Positions 61,721-64,000 of a stretch of 64,000 bases of DNA are shown here, in pieces. Position 1 is the stretch's first letter. The number at the start of each line of letters is the position of its first letter. Made by a program: the position numbers and the translations under genes. This DNA comes from Raja brachyura (lineage: Eukaryota): positions 123,070,001 through 123,134,000 of the forward strand of contig OY740782.1 in assembly GCA_963514005.1 (NCBI GenBank), written 5' to 3'. A model generated the notes under the pieces. The model did not search any database and had not been told where the DNA came from. It worked only from the letters and a program-made list of their open reading frames with translations.

Positions 61721-63319
61721 TAATTAATAATCATAAACAAACATTCATGAAAGCATAGAGATTATTTTACAAAATTTTCAACAATATTTATTCTAGATTT
61801 CTGAGATATCGTATGGACATTGTGTTTTGGCCTTAAAATGATTAATTGCTTTTCTCAGTCGAAAATTACTTTGACTACAACAGGAAGTAATTAAAAATTG
61901 GAATGGCATAGACACAAGGCTGTCAGGAACAAAGCAGTAATTTAAATGTATCTTCTAGTGAAATGTCAAATCACTTCCTTGATTTAAAACAAACTAAACT
62001 ACAACAAATATTTTTCTACACACTATCATAGAGTCATATAATGTGGAAAAAGAACATTCGGCACAACTTGCCAATGCTGACCAAAAATACCCCATCTGCA
62101 CTAGCCCCAAGCGCCTTATAAACCTATCCTATCCCTGTACCTGTTCAAATGTTTTTTAAACATTGTGATAATCCCTGTCTCAACTACCTCCTCTGGCAAT
62201 TCGTTCCATATACCTACCACACTTTGTGAAAAAAAACGTTGCCTCTCAGGTTCCTATCTCCCACCCCCCCCCCCCCCCCCCCCCACTTCAAACCAACAAC
62301 ATCCTCGTGACTTCAAATGTGGCTTCATCAATGTCTTGTATAACTGTAACATAACCTCCCAACTTCAATATTCAATACTGACTGATGAAGGCCAATGTGC
62401 TGAAAGCATTCTCAACCACCCTATCTACCTGTTGATACAATTTCCAAGGAATTATGTATCTATGTACCTAGATCTCTCTGCTCGACTGCATTCCCCAGAG
62501 CCCTGCCATTCAGTGTGGATCCTGCACTAGTTAGACTTCCAAGAATGTAACACTTTGCACTTATCTGTATTAAACTCCATTAACAATTTCTCAGCCCTCC
62601 TGCCCAACCAATCAAGATCCTGCTGTAAATTTTGGCAAGCATCTTTGCTATCCACAATTCCACCCACTTCAGTGTCAACTGCAGACTTAAATGTCATGAC
62701 ATGAAAAGGATAAATTTTTTAAAATGTCGTTAGCCAGGGATAAGTCAGAGAGAGTGGTGAGTCTGTGGAATTCTCTGCCCCAGAGGGCGGTGGAGGCAGG
62801 TTCTCTGGATGCTTTCATGAGAGAGCTATATAGGCCTCTCAAAAATAGCAGAGTCAGGGGATATGTGGAGAAGGCAGGAATGGGGTTTTGATTGGGGATG
62901 AATAGCCATGATCACATTCAATGGCGGTGCTTGCTCGAAGGACCAAATGGCCTACTCCTGCACCTATTGTCTATTGTCTATAGAATGTGGCATCGTTTCA
63001 AAGACACTAGATTACAATTGAAGCATTTCCTCTGTCGTCTGTGACAGAGCTCAGAGTAAAGTGTTGTTTAAAAAGCTTGCAAATGATCTGACCTGTCCAC
63101 CAAAGCTGGCTTATGTGTAATTAGAGCCTTTATACTGGGAAAGTTAGTCCAGAAGGGCATGCCAACATGATTAGGTGAGTGGATACAGAGGATTCAGCAG
63201 AGGCACATTGATGATCCCTCATCTTCACCATGGATGTCCAGTCACTCTACACCTCCATCCCCCACCAGGGGGGTCTTAAAGCCCTCCGTTTCTTCCTCGA
63301 CCGCAGAACCAACAAATCC

Positions 63320-64000
63320 ATGGATTTACGAAAGGTAAATCATGTCTGACGAATCTTATAGAATTTTTCGAGGATGTAACTAGTAGAGTGGATAAGGGAA
63401 ACCAGTGGATGTATTATATCTGGATTCAGAAGGCTTTCGACAAGGTCCCACATAAGCGATTAGTATACAAACTTAAAGCACATGGTATTGGGGGTTCAGT
63501 ATTGATGTGAATAGAGAACTGGTTGGCAGACAGGAAGCAAAGGGTAGGAGTAAACGGGTCCTTTTCAGAATGGCAGGCAGTGACTAGTGGGGTACCGCAA
63601 GACTCAGTGCTGGGACCCCAGCTATTTACAACATATATTAATGATTTGGACGAGGGAATTGAATGCAACATATCCAAGTTTGCGGATGACACTAAGCTGG
63701 GGGGTATAGTTAGGTGTGAGGAGGATGCTAGGAGGCTGTAAGTTGACTTGGATAGGCTGGGTGAGTGGGCAAATGCATGGCAGAGGCAGTATAATGTGGA
63801 TAAATGTGAGGTTATCCACATTAAACATTTTTCACGCAGAGATTGGTGAGTCTCTGGAATTCTCTGCCACAGAAGGTAGTTGAGGCCAGTTCATTGGCTA
63901 TATTTAAGAGGGAGTTAGATGTGGCCCTTGTGGCTAAAGGGATCAGGGGGTATGGAGAGAAGGCAGGTACAGGATACTGAGTTGAATGATCAGCCATGAT
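63320..64000 (+). mobile_element. CR1 RT/3' fragment with internal deletion at ~63820, preceded by a Penelope-like scrap (63205-63320)
   Basis: HGFTKGKSCLTN, KFADDTKL, then a jump to the 3'-terminal region. Confidence 0.85.

Overview
Vertebrate genomic DNA. The repeat content (CR1 LINEs with (TTCTATGT)n tails, HE1-type SINEs, Rex/Babar, Penelope, RTE) suggests a cartilaginous fish, probably a skate or ray (inference). The host gene is the 5' half of ODAD2/ARMC4 on the minus strand: a CpG-rich promoter with two RFX X-boxes (~41.65 kb), a probable non-coding exon 1, and six coding exons with GT-AG junctions and consistent phases (41178 down to 10912). The gene runs off the left edge. Most of the rest is nested transposable elements. 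These include a 10.2-kb decayed gamma/epsilon-like endogenous retrovirus (13086-23298, GTTG target-site duplication, inverted gag segment, Hero-like LINE inside), solo LTRs, Harbinger-like MITEs, two copies of a DNA transposon with 7-bp TSDs and one uninterrupted CR1 ORF2. The most unusual item is a second retroviral remnant (52.9-55.1 kb). Between its integrase fragment/env-like signal peptide and its env-TM-like remnant/PPT/LTR lie intronless fragments of two host mRNAs, thrombospondin-2-like and CRACR2/RAB44-like, consistent with retroviral gene capture. Family assignments come from motifs recognised by eye, not database searches; TE boundaries without TSDs are approximate.
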